A stretch of 58,387 nucleotides of DNA, the filler included, from Sphacelaria rigidula (Eukaryota), in the NCBI GenBank assembly GCA_964200075.2. It is 4 parts of 4 records of this genome, joined end to end, with 100 filler letters (N's around TTAATTAATTAA, not from the genome) between each part and the next. Parts side by side here need not be neighbours in the genome. Positions count along the whole stretch, not along the records: positions 29,251 to 43,770 come from CAXNAA020002210.1; positions 43,871 to 58,387 come from CAXNAA020002211.1; 2 more parts are not named here. One strand, given 5' to 3'. The notes beneath the pieces are model-generated. The model was not told the DNA's origin and made no database searches. It worked only from the letters and a program-made list of their open reading frames with translations. Positions 39,550 through 52,500 of the stretch are shown piece by piece; within the stretch, counting starts at the first letter, position 1, and every line of letters begins with the position of its first letter. Both the position numbers and the translations under genes were made by a program.

Positions 39550-41340
39550 CAACATGTGTCGATAGGTTTCTCCCCGTGTCTTTTGTTGAAGCAATGGACT
39601 ACTGCCTTGTCCATTGTCCAACGTGTGTAAACACACACAAATATTTAGTAGGGAAGCGTTGAAGCATGTTCCCGTGCGCCAAGGTATTCGAAATGGCTCC
39701 ACTTTCACTGAAGCATAGGACCGGGCAGACAACAGCTACTTCTTTAAAGAAATGAAAGTGAGACGCCAGCTGCGATTCCGCGATCACCCCTGGATCAACA
39801 AGTTGAAAATAATATCAAAGTCAGCTCATCATGTATTCACTCAGCGAGCACGGAGCCGCGATAACGGCGTAATCTCACCGTCAGGACATATTTTCATGTT
39901 CATGTCAAGCAACTAGCCGCGGTCAGGCTGAGAAACAATCTCAGCCACGCTCCAGTGTTTCCTATATGCGCTCTTTCTCATGGCCCACACTCGCACTGTA
40001 AAACACACCGTGCTATACTGTTTTTGTGTAATTTGGCTAAGTCGCCTCCGAGAAGGCAGCCACACTACACCTTTGTCCTGTATGTTCTCACGAACAGAGG
40101 CTCGAGCCGTATATGCCCGGTTGCAGGCACAGCTGTGCAGCAACAAACCAGCCAAAATCGAAACCACACTAAGCAGTTCAATCCAGGTGTTTACATGAAT
40201 GAATTATCCCCATGTATTTTCCAGTACAAACCAGAGTCAATAGTTCCCCGCAGCTATAAGGCTTACTGGTAAGGACTCACTTGGGAAATTCAGAGCAACT
40301 TCGGCAAAAACTTATGGTGTCCGGTATCCCAAGAGAGTGATCACGAAAGGGTTGGGGTACAAACTACCCTACGCTCAGAATTATATCCACACATAGTCAT
40401 AGTACAATAAAAGTCCAACGGGAGATAATCGGGACGCTGCTGGTCCATACACCCAAGAGTCCATCCGCTCATGTATTGTATCAATTCCTTTGCCCAAGGA
40501 ATATCCCAGCGATACTCTGTTGTGCATATGAGCATTCAATGCGCAGCCGGCAAGACAAATCAAACATGCAACTTGGATCTCGTGTCGACCGCTGTCAACG
40601 ATTCGGGACAACAAACAGGATCCTTCAACAACTGCCATCCCTCGACGGCCCAATCAAAGGTCCATATCCAATTGTTGCTATACTTCGAGTCATGTGTGTC
40701 CAAGGTTACTGACCCCGAGGCCAATCCTTTCGAACACCATGACACCGTTACAATTCTGCACAACAAACCGAGAAAAAGGATTATCTGTGGAACCTTGAAG
40801 TGGAATTTGGTTTCTTCAAGGCGTGTACACTATAGTCGATCTCTCTCAACAAATCCGATATACCCCCGATTCAGCCGCCAGTTTCCCAACTCCTTTTCAG
40901 CCCTCCTCAACGTGAATTACACATTGCCGGTCAGAGGAGGCCATGCGGCGATTAAGTCGGCATACTTATTTCCAAATGAAGAAAACGAAGTGAAACTCGA
41001 GTGATTCCCTCTCATGCACTTTTTCATGATAAGTTGCATAAATACCGAGCCTGATTTCGTTTTTTCTTCATCTTGTTCTGTAACATGTGACATGTGGGAA
41101 AGCAGCGTTCTTCTCTACACGGCTGTAGCGTGTTGGCATCTTTATCGTTTGGCGTCTACATCGACTTCCTGTGCACAGGATTGGCCTTGGCATCTTCGTT
41201 CGTGCGGATTTGTTTTGTAATACGCGGACAAGTGACCTTATCTGCACGTCCCTCTCCTTTTCCCCACTGGTTTTACTGCTATGTGCGAGCACAAATATAG
41301 TTTCGCACACGGGACCCACGTCTTCTGTTGTCAAGTATTC
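39550..41340 (-). pseudogene. Decayed gene homologous to 20.1-21.7 kb
   Basis: Colinear peptide pairs AFPHV/KFPNV, FVFFIWK/FVILWR, HSCACNR/HGCVCNR, YSTVCF/YSTTAVCI. Confidence 0.5.
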
Positions 41341-41469
41341 TTTTTTGAACCATGCATTTTCGTCACGCTTTTAATGAAAACAGCGTCTCCCTGCACCGGG
41401 GTTATTAGCGTCTTCGCGTTTGCGGATTTTTTGCCATGCGGCATACATCGTGTCATCCATGTGCAAGAT

Positions 41470-41605
41470 AATCAGTACGCCCCGTGCCGAGCAACCTTAG
41501 CAGCGTACAGATCACCCCTGACGAAAACCCGACGAGCTCCTTCCCGGCTTCGTAGGGATTCGAGGTTAATGATATCATGACTACGACATGTAAGATCATG
41601 AGTAC
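41470..41605 (+). mobile_element. Copy of the ...GAGTACA-ended repeat
   Basis: CATGACTACGACATGTAAGATCATGAGTAC followed by poly-C. Confidence 0.7.
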
Positions 41606-41954
41606 CCCCCCCCCCCCCAGGTCATGAGCGGAAGCAAACATAGAAACATACAATACGGTTGCACCGTCATAAAGAGTCAAGGAACCTCCTACAAAAAAGG
41701 CTAAAAGCGCGCAACGTGCCAAGCACACAGCGTGGCAGAAACAGCGGTCACACGATGGTACAGTATACTGGATTCGGAAACCAATGAGTGGGAAAACGGA
41801 TACCTCAATGCATCAAACGAACCGGACAGCGGTCATTTATATGACGCACGAGCACCCCACAAAAGCAAACGAGCAGCGACCAAATGGAAGCGAGCGAGCA
41901 ACGTCTTCGTAATGCAAGTCACAGACAACCAACACGCCTACACAAGTGCTCAGA

Positions 41955-42175
41955 TAGCACCCTGTGGGGCACACAGACAGGTAGCACCCTGTGGGGCACG
42001 TCTACAGAGTTCAGGGAAACTGTGCAGTGTTTCTCGCGGGCATTTGACCGTAGGGTGTATTTTTGCGCCACACAGTTCGCTTCACAGGGTTTCAGGGAAA
42101 CTGTGCAGTGTTTCTCGCGGGGATTTGTATGTAGGGTATTTTTGGCCCCACACAGTACCTTTCACAGGGTTTCGT
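41955..42175 (+). repeat. Local tandem duplications (about 26-bp and 81-bp periods)
   Basis: AGCACCCTGTGGGGCAC twice; TTCAGGGAAACTGTGCAGTGTTTCTCGCGGG twice. Confidence 0.85.
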
Positions 42176-42599
42176 CACCCCGTGTACTATTCATTGTTGT
42201 GACTATGATATACAGTGTTATAACACACATATGAAATGATCCACCGTACAGCGCGGGGACGGCACTGGCAGAAACGAACTATCGAAACATGACTGCGGAG
42301 GGTATCGATCTCGTGCTTTCACGGGCAGGAGTTCAACACACTGTGCATTGAACCACCAACCATTTGGTTGTTACCACATGACTTTTTGTTATTCTAATGT
42401 ATATCAACCAAGAACCGACATTGAACCACCTACGAGTTTTTGGCATAAAAACCATTTGGTTTGTCTTGGTAGACATTGAACAACTAACAGACTGGAATCA
42501 TTATTGAGGTTCAACATTTTTATGAGGTTTAACGGACCATCGAAATTTCATTTACCTTGTTCAAAAGGCTCTGGAGTCGCAAGCGGTTTCGACCATGTG

Positions 42600-43075
42600 C
42601 CCCTAACCCAGAAGTTTCTGCACTGGAGCGAAACCATACCGAAAAGCCGCCCTCATTCAACGTGCCGCATCTATCGAGCAACCCTTGCGTCTAAGCGCTG
42701 CGGAACACGTAACAAAGCATGCTGAAAACATACTTCTTTGGACTAGTCATCGAGTTTTCCAGCGCCTCTTGTTGTGTATCTGAGAGAGACTTCATACTGT
42801 TGCGCCGGCGACGACCGCCGTCAGCGAAACGATCCAATGCGGCGGCAGACGCCAACGATCTTCGAAACGCAGCGTCATTCAGCAGTCTGCTGAGATATAC
42901 CATCACCACAGCACAGCATAACCACAGTACAGTGGTCAATTGGATCAAATGGGTGCCCCACGATAAAGCTGCAGACACACACAACGGGGGTAAGGGCTAG
43001 TCCGACGCCTGGGGTTGTTTCGCCAGTAGTGCCCATGCGAAGCGCTTCATCTAGTCTGAACTAGCTATCACACCT
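42600..43075 (-). pseudogene. Decayed fragment of the unrecognised domain family
   Basis: FRLDEALRMGTTGE matches FRLHEAPRRGETGE (35.3 kb). Confidence 0.5.
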
Positions 43076-43079
43076 TGTA

Positions 43080-43723
43080 CGACCACCTCCGCCGTGGCTG
43101 TGTTGAGAACCGGTTTCGCAGTGGAGCTGTTGAATAACGCTACTGTTGTAGTGCAACGCGCTTCAAAAATTCGAGCCGTTTTTTTTTATTTAAAAGCCGC
43201 GGCAGCTCTAGTTTGCATATCCAGTTCTGACGGTCCCGAACGGGTGCTGATGGAGCGACGAAAAGCGCTGGCACCTGCCATTAGATGCGATTTGAGACGA
43301 CTGTGGGGGCATTTGGTGAGCTTCGCTTGAAATGAAATCTGTAGAACAGTATTCAGGGGTATCGTAAGTACATGTTCCCCTGTTCAAAACCAAAAATTCC
43401 TTGCTCGAACACTTTACACGTGTTCAACAATGAACGACTGCTTTCCAAGAAAACAACCCGTTATTTCCGGACTTCCCCTGGGGTTTAATTCTAACGCTGA
43501 GGTTGTCTCAAATCCCATCTCAGGATGACGGTGCCAGCGCTTTTCGTCGCTCCATCAGCACCCGTTTGGGACCGTCAGAAGGGATATTCAAACTAGAGCT
43601 GCCGCGGCTTTTAAATAAAAGAGACGGCTCGAATTTTTTAAGAACGTTGCACTACAACAGTAGTGTTGTTCAACAGCTCCACTGCGAAACCGGTTCTCAT
43701 CACAGCCACGGCGGAGGTGGTTG
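43080..43723. mobile_element. Foldback element with about 220-bp inverted arms
   Basis: ACCACCTCCGCCGTGGCTGTG...CACAGCCACGGCGGAGGTGGT. Confidence 0.88.
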
Positions 43724-43770
43724 CCTACGCTTTTCGATAGGGTTACTAGGGAAGCATGCAGAGACTCCAG

Positions 43771-43870
43771 NNNNNNNNNNNNNNNNNNNNNNNNNNNNNN
43801 NNNNNNNNNNNNNNTTAATTAATTAANNNNNNNNNNNNNNNNNNNNNNNNNNNNNNNNNNNNNNNNNNNN
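43771..43870. other. Artificial contig linker
   Basis: Same 100-bp N/TTAATTAATTAA/N block. Confidence 0.97.
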
Positions 43871-46535
43871 GTGAAGGGATGGGACTTCAACCTCATATTT
43901 TGTTTCAACCCCAAAAATTAGGATCGGCTGTCCTACGGGTGTGGAGTCCCTGCGGGGGTACAGCGGCAGGATTTAGGATGACGGCTTACCGCAGAACGTC
44001 ACATCCTTCGTCTACCCCTGTCCTGTATTGATTTCGCGTTGTCCAACGCAATTCGCCATAATATCATGCGAGCAACCGTTGTATCCCAGCCAAGGTGTAC
44101 GTAAATGGGATATAAACCTCCTCGCCAATCGCTATATTGCTACATCACATTTTATAAAGATGTCTTTGTTGTAGCCATAGTCGTAATTTTCCCAGACCCG
44201 CCAGCATGCCACTTGATTAATTTCTGTGGAGCCAGGGTACTTACCCAACAAAATGCATACCATTCTGAAGCTAATGATCAGGGCTTTCGAATGAACCTAC
44301 TTTTAGGTTTCATTTACATGTTGGTTACGAGTTATCATGTCGAATGTACCGTTTCGCCACAAACGCGGGGGAACAAGTAAATCTCGATTTTATTTATCCT
44401 CGCAATAAGATGGTTCTACATCACCTGGTTGTGAACCCGGTTACGCCCTGGCTCCAGGTCGACGTTAATCAAGAAGCAGAAATAAATATCCGGAGTACGA
44501 AAATATGTGGGGGGAAGGTTGCTCTCGGGCCAATTTCGTGGGTTCAAGACCCGCCGCGAGCATTTTTTTGTTCTTGTTCCCCCCTGTTCTTCCTTCTTTT
44601 TTATGGCGACTCGCTACTCCATTGCGCCTCGCTGCGGGCGTTCCGAAGCTGTTTTTTTTGTTCAAATTCGATCTCAGTCGAAAGTTATGGAGGAACAACC
44701 CAAATCGAGTCCTTGACGATTAACACTTGGGCGAAGCTGCGCGCATCTTTGGCGAAGCTGCATAGTAAAACAGCCGCGGCTGGTGCGCCCACATATATCG
44801 AGAGGTGGAGACCGACGTCCAGATTTATGGGACAACACAGACTTCTAACTCGACGTTACGCAGTACACTTTCCTCTACATCGTGTTTGTACAGTCTGTAG
44901 AAATATTTCGTCCACGGTGGGGTACATTTTCCATATATTTGTAGAGCAACATCTGAGCGGAATGCAGGTGAGGCAATCGCCGAAATGTTGACCTGCAAGC
45001 TCTGCTCCAGTGTACTGTAAGTTGGTATTGCTGGAAAGACACTACCACAACCACCTTGCCGGCTGCCAGACTGTCGGGACGTAGGCTCCGCTGGCATTGC
45101 TACAGTTGGTACGGCGGTGTAGCCCACTTGTCAGGTACGTTTTGGAGCATGATACTCGATATAAATCATCTTTGTACATGGGCACAAAACGCTGGTGTTC
45201 CTCATTCAAGACTTCGATTTGGAGCATCATACTAGGTAGGCAGCGGCAATCAGTGTGTGTGCAGGCAGGATGCGTTTGGTGTCCGTGTGACGAAAATATC
45301 CCCAACAAACCGAAATCGATGACAGATTAGACTGGGGAATCGAGCAAAAAAATATCGCAAGAACCACGACGTTAAAAATCTCCTAGTCGAACTTTTACCC
45401 GCAACAGAAACCAACTTTACTTTGTGAAGTTGGGAAAAAACGAGCTAGTTTTCTGTCACAGAAATAGAATGTCGAATGTGAAATGGCGTCAGAAAACGAC
45501 CAATTTGGAAATTGAAGGTATCATTGTCGTGATTTTCTGGTATCAAATCGATGGATTTGTGAGTAAACGACACGATTTAGAACAAGAAGCGGTTCATCGG
45601 TGAGAGAATCGTTTCAGTAGGAATGGCCCTCCACGAGGTCCGTAACGCTTCCTGCAGTAGTTTGGAAGTGAGGCCTTTGATATCTCCGAGGAAGATATCG
45701 ATGTGTATCCAGAAGTACACGCAAGTGATGAATGACTGCAGTCGGCGCTCTACATTCAATTTCAGGAAAACGTATTTTATGGTGGTATTCATCAGCTGTA
45801 CACCAGACTACAAGCTGTGTACAGATTGTACAGTAGTAAATACCACAACAATAGTTTCACCATACACACAATACAACTATACATTCAAACAGACAACATA
45901 AAAGGAGTAATACTCCTGTCATCACGTATATCTCGACCTCTTATTTTCTGAATTCCTGCGCTTGGATATGCTGAAAACGGCAGTAGGTGAGCCCGGTTCG
46001 CTCGTCAACATTCGAATGAACAAACAGAATACGATACCAACGCTTGTTTCTGTTGCTCTTCAAACTGTTGTTTTGCTACCGTTGCTCCCGTCTTGTCTTG
46101 CATGCTGCCTTGCGCTGTTCACATCTAATATACTCCTCTACATTCGCCATTCTCAATCCCCCTCTTCATGCCTCCCCGTTCCACACCCGACGCACAACAC
46201 ACAAGTCCTACACTACAATGCTACCTGACTCCACGCTCTTGCCTTTCACAACCTAGCATAGCAGCGGATGGTAAAATGTGCATTAGACGGAAATTTTGAA
46301 CCGATGCAAAGACTACTTGTAAGAATTACAGTAGACAGCTCATGTTATGTACAATATTATCGATGTAGCTCGATGCACATAGTCAACGCCACGGTGTCAT
46401 CAGCAATCCTGTCCGACGCCGAGTTCTCCGATCAAAAGAGGTCCCAGGCGCCAACTGGCCCACCGAGTCTACCGACGACCATGTGTGGAGTCGGGTAAGC
46501 GCCACCAATTGTGTGGACGCACACTGTTCAAGGAG

Positions 46536-49500
46536 CTAGATGCCATGGGCTGACTCACGCGCCGTTGACCTGCCTTGGTCTCCTCTCATGGCATATACCT
46601 GCAACTTTACTGAGCGACTGGCGGCGGCGGCTCGTTTCTTCAGCTCTCCTTTGAGGTCAATGGCAAGGGTCAGGAAGGACTGCTTGAGCCCCAAATTTCC
46701 CAGCTCTCGGACGAACAGCCGATCTTGGGCAGTGTAAAAATTCATCATGGTAGCCGGGTCGTAAGTCATGGGCTTCCCCATCAGACGGTGGTCGAGAACC
46801 GCCACGTTCATGAGCTGTAAGAGGAAACAAGTGAGCGAAGGCGGTTCAGAAGCAAGCACGGCGACAAATGCATATCCGAGCGGGACGAGAGTGGGGAGGT
46901 GAGAAAGTAATTTACGTCAAACACTGGGGTACAATTGGAAGGGGCGAGTACCTCACCCAAGGTTCAAAAGGGGGGCTTTGACGAGAAGCTACCGGTTCAC
47001 GGCGATGACCCACCCCCGCGACGGTGCTCGACATGTACTTTATCGATACAGTCACGAACAACACGATCCGTGAATATGAGCGCACATGAGCTCACAGGGG
47101 TTTACTGCAGACAGCGTTTGAACGCTTCCGAGACTCACTGTACTACCACGAGAGCTGTCCGTCACATTCTTCACCTTTGTCGCACGTATCAAGTGCACGC
47201 GGATGGCCGGACCGCTGAGAACGTCGGCGGCAGGAATGACCGTAGCAAGCAGAGCGCTCCTGATCAGCCCGGGCAGGTCATCGATGACGCTTCTTTGATA
47301 GATTTCCATGTTGAATAACACCCAACCCCACACAACTGTAGTGGGATGGATGCACGGGATGTGTAGAGCGCGTCGTCGTTCCACATACCAGCAGCAAAAC
47401 GTTCACCGTAACGTAAAAACAAGGTGGATGAGGTGAAGTTGTGTTCCGCGTTTCACACTGATTGCAAGAACCATGAATACACTAGGCTGTGGGGAAGCTG
47501 TCATTGTTCGCCCTGAAATGCCGAGGGACAGTGCAGGGTAGGCTAAAAGGCAGCGCCGTGTAGAGATGAATCAGAATATCACGCAACACGACAAAAATCA
47601 CGCGCACCGTATGCCAGTGGGCGGACTGCTGCTATAACCACAGGATAGTGCCTCGAGTTTGAACGTGTCCAATTCCCGGAAATGTAGGTTCTTTGTGTAT
47701 GTCGGTTGCGATGACCACCCGGCCGTTGCTTGATAAAGAAATTCCCAAGATATGAGAATCAACATGTGTCACGTAAGTGAAACCTCGCTCTAAGGAATGA
47801 GCATGATTGTCAGAATCTCGTTGCCGACTCACATCTGGGAACAAAATACCTGCACGAGCCACCAGGTACTTTCCGTGCGGGCCAGGCGTCCAAATGACGT
47901 CCTCTTGCCTGTGTTGCCGTGTATGTTGTACTCATCAAATATCTGTACCCTAGGGTATAAAATCCTTCGTGGGTTTCAGGTCAGGATGCCAACGGTCGGG
48001 GGTGAATGAAGGGATCGTGAACGGTGTAACTTCCGAACGACGAGTTGAAAACGCGGTGCTCACCGGTTTGGTGATGGCTCTCTTTCGGAAACGGTGGCGA
48101 TCCCTCTGCTGCTAATGCTACCGGCATGACGCCGGTTTGTGGTGCTTCGGAGCCGGAGGCGGCGAAACCAACTTCCTGTGAAGCGGGCGAAGCTACCGAG
48201 GACTGCGGCGACGGCGATTCTCGCAGAGTGTGGGATTGATGAGACTGCTGCTGGATTCCTCTCGCGGAGGGGAAAAAATCGAACCTTGATGTTGACGTGC
48301 CTGTTGCTGGGCTGTTTGAGTTGGCTCTCATTCCGGATGCTCTTGTCCTGACGTGCTTCCAAGCGGCTACCGCCTTGTTTTGGAGGCCCATCGTGAGATG
48401 CATCTCCGAAGCGAGCCCCGGCAGTTTACTTCCCAGCAGCAATGCGAACTCTGCGAGTATGAGCTGATTTTGGGATTCGACGACCTCTGCCGCCAACGTT
48501 TGCGTGTAACAAATTTTAGTCCCGTCCCGCTGTCGCATCGCTATTTTTTCATTCATTGTCTACATCGACAGGGTCGGCAGAAAGGAGGCGAAAGGGGAGA
48601 AGAGAGAAGTTAACAAACGATTTTGACTGACGACCGTGGGTGCGTGTCTCATCCGTCGCCATTCTGTCCCATTACCTGAAATTGATTTTGACACCTTGAT
48701 ATGACATCGCACGAACATCGCACGAACATGTGGCCGGCTGACCGACAAATGGTGAACAGTCCAAAGCTGCTGCAGCGAGATTGTGTTCGCGAAGTAAAAA
48801 TGCGTGTCCAGAGTGGCCTAGCTCGATACTCGACGTTTCGTGCTGTTTTTCTTTCCCCTCCTCTGGCGAGTACCCGCTCTTACACCCCTTGTAACCTACT
48901 GGGTTTGTAGCATATTGGTTGATGCCAGACGATAGCCGAAAAAGTCACCGACACGTGCAGCGCTACGAAATGAAAGTATATGGGGGATAAGTGTAGAACA
49001 TTTGGAGACGGAGGGAGACCCAGGTATCCCACCTTTATTGCAGACTTTAATCGAGCAGCGATGACGGAAGAGCTGCAGGTGACGCGTGGGTACATCGTTT
49101 GGTGCGCTGCTGCCATGAGCTCCGGCAAGGTTTCGAGGATGCTGTCCTGGTAAAACTTCAAAAATACCAACAAGCACCACCACATTGCTGCATGGTTTAG
49201 CCGGCGACAGAAACGAGAACGGCGAGGAACGGGAGGGTGAGCGTCACGAGCGTTCGAACAAACCAGGGTGTGCAAGGCATCGAGTGCTTTCGTGGGTTCA
49301 TCCATACCGTGTTGGACAACGGGACGTGCTGCCTGTGATGCGAAACCACGCGACTTCCGGTTCGACGGGTGTTCCATGTTTTTCAACTGGTATTCATCTT
49401 GAAAACAGCGCACCCAGCGAGAATCGAGAGAGAGATATTTGTTCATGGACATCTGCATGTTTTCTTGGATATACGAAACCCCGACTCCTCGTGACAGGCG

Positions 49501-52500
49501 TTTCTTTGCTCCATCCCTGATGCATACGAATGAACAGATACTGGACCTGACGTACGTCAAGTGAAGATGACAAAATATGATCTTGAGGACCATCCACGCC
49601 ATATCATCAGCAACTCTGTGTTGGCGCTGCTAACATGAAGAACGCTGACAATAACGGATTGGCAACCCTTCAAAGTGATGACGAATGCCAACTCTGCCGC
49701 TGGGTCATCAATCTCCCTTGCTTCAAGATGGTTTTGGGATCTCGACACAATCTGTTTCAGTCCTACAAGAGGAAATATAATAGCCAACTCGTCAAGTGAA
49801 TTCCGAGGTCGACTATTCGCTGAAAAAGCCGAGCTAGAAGATATGAAAAATGTGCCTGGTAACTTTCGTAACCGCACGGTGACAATGTGAAGAGAAAAAA
49901 AAAGGGCAGGGTCACCACCGACCATCGTGTGCGCAACCGATTGAATGATGGGCGATTGGTTGTTCGTAAAACCTGGACACCAAGCGAACCGAATAGGTAT
50001 GCTAGATTCTCCTCCATCTCATGGGGTGGTGGTATCACAGGCAGATGGCGGGAATACTTCATGTGAGGCGGAGAACTTTGTGCAAGGGGTCCGTAGGTAC
50101 AGTAATTTCGGCACTACGATATGCAGCTGCATGGAAGATGACCGCTCTCACCCTTTTGCTCCTTGCCGGGTTTTTGGCCTGCGTGAGGACTCGGGTGTTG
50201 TGACCGCGCGAAGGCATCTGGCTGTTGTGATTGTTGCGATACTCGATGAACTTGTGCCTGATGCTCACTGTGGAGACTCGGAAGTGGACTTGAAGGCAAC
50301 GGCTGTAGTGCCTGATTTCCTTGCTGGTCTAGCTGCTGCTGCTGCTGCTGTTGATGCCGACGCTGCAGCAGCAGTTGTCGACGACGACGCTGCTGTCTTT
50401 GCTGCTCCTGCTCCATAATCAACTGTCGCTGCAGATGTAAAATTGGAACGGAGCGATCAACCGCTAAATTGGCAGCACTAGCAGTACAACCATTTTCGCG
50501 GGCCCACGAGAGAACGTCACGATGTCCGTTTCGCTCGGCCTCACTAATCGTCTCTGCGTTCCAAGGGCAGCCATTTGCCCGCGCCCACATCAGAGTTACT
50601 AGGTTTCCCTCTGCAGCTGCCGCACGACAGGTGCCTTCATTCCAAGGACAGCCGTTCTCACGCGCCCATTGGAGGACACGGACGTGTCCACCCTTCGCGG
50701 CTTCCGCACAAATATCCTCATGTAGGGGACAGCCGTGCTCGCGCGCCCAGCGGAGGACATGTAATTGTCCCCGTCGTGACGCACTGCGGCAGAGCTCCAG
50801 CTCATTCCACGGTGCACCGTTTTCTCGTGCCCACTGCAAAATTTCCAGATGGCCGTGCGCGGCAGCTTCGCTGCATAAAATTTCGTTCCAGGGGCACCCA
50901 TGCTCTCGCGCCCACTTGAGCACATCAAGATGGCCCCCTCGAACACACTCTAAACACGTCTCCTCGTTCCACGGGCATCCGTTCTTTCGGGCCCACTGTA
51001 AAACATGCAAATGCCCCTGACGTGCGGCGCTGCTACAAATATGACGGTCCCACTGGCATCCATTTGCCCTGCACTCTAGAATGCTCATATGCTTACATTC
51101 CGGGGCCCAAAGACAAGCCTTCTCAACCCAATGGTCGCCCTGATCGCGAGCGAGCTGCTCTACTTCCAATTCTCCACCCCGAGGCGCGTCAGAACTCTCA
51201 TCTTCACTCGAGGGACAACTCTTCGCCACGAGATATCGAAGAAGTGTCAGGCTACCTGCGCGTGCAGCAGCGCTGCAAAGTGCCGTCCCGCGCTTCAGAC
51301 CGCACTCGAAGCAGTACAACAACTGGGACACAGATCGGTCGGCCGTCACGGGTTTAGTTACGTGCGGGCGTAGACCCCACGCTCTCCTCCAATCTTTGCA
51401 CACAGGTGCGAAAAACAAATACTCATCATCGTTAATGAACTCCGCGAGAGTACCAATGATGTCCTCGTGATCCACCAATGGATTTGGTACAGCAGCGGCT
51501 GAAAGTCCGGTCGTCTGCTGGTGAAGGGGCAAGGGGGCGAGCGTGGATATGATATACATCTTCAGGGGTCGAGTCCATGTATGTGTGACGATAGATGCTC
51601 CTCCTCCAGGCCGCAAGGCCTACAAAACAACGGCGGCAAAACGCGGGCGTACTGCAACCTTGACAGAAAAACTGTGAACTCACCGCAAGAGTGTTATGCA
51701 CTCGGAGAGAATACGACCCTGGAACCTGACCATCACACTCCGGCTGTGACGGTGGCGCTGTCTCTCTCGCGCTGTCATCGATCAGCATGCCCACAGAGGA
51801 CACACATCCTGCACCTAATGGTCGGGTTTCACCCGAGTCTTGCATCGCGTGGGACCCCGCTTCAAACTTTTCCATTGATTTGGGCACTGCGCCATACGGC
51901 TGGTGCAGAGCCCTCGCCCTTTTCGCGGGCACTCCGTTGTAGTCATGGTCTGCATCCGGTGCCGGCTTTGCGGTTTGATCATTCGCGCTGACTGTGCAGT
52001 TGGATGCATCATTTCCGCACAACTCCTGCTTGACCTTGGTGCTAGTGTTCGTCGGTTTACTTCCCCCGCTTTCGGTCAATGGTACTGCTCGTGCGTCAAC
52101 CATATCTTGTTCGATGGCCATCGAAGAACCTCCCACGTTTGGTCGCGATGATACTTGCGTCTCGGTAGACGTCGCCTCTCTCAAGTTTGGCTGCTCCTTG
52201 TTGGCCTTGGCGTTGGCACCAGCGTCTTTACCGCTGTCTGGTTCCGCATCCAATTCCACCTTGACGGGCTCAGACATTTCAATAATCTGGCCGTGATTCT
52301 CCGGAGCATGGGCGGCACCCTGCCCCCTTGCTCCACCCTGATCCTCACTACTGTTGTCAATAGTGGCACCAAAATTTCCAGTATTTGGCGTACCACGACA
52401 GCTCCTGCCGTCCGTGACGTTGGTATCGGCTTGGGTCATATTGTTGTCACATTCACGTGGATTGTCCCGTGGATGGCCTTCCGTATGAATCGGGGAGGCG

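Noticed and set aside
41510-41570. Hammerhead ribozyme (CTGACGA...GAAA)
   Set aside because: The core is not conserved in other copies of the repeat and the required stems were not found
50469-51020. Plus-strand 183-aa ORF
   Set aside because: Antisense shadow of the ankyrin exon
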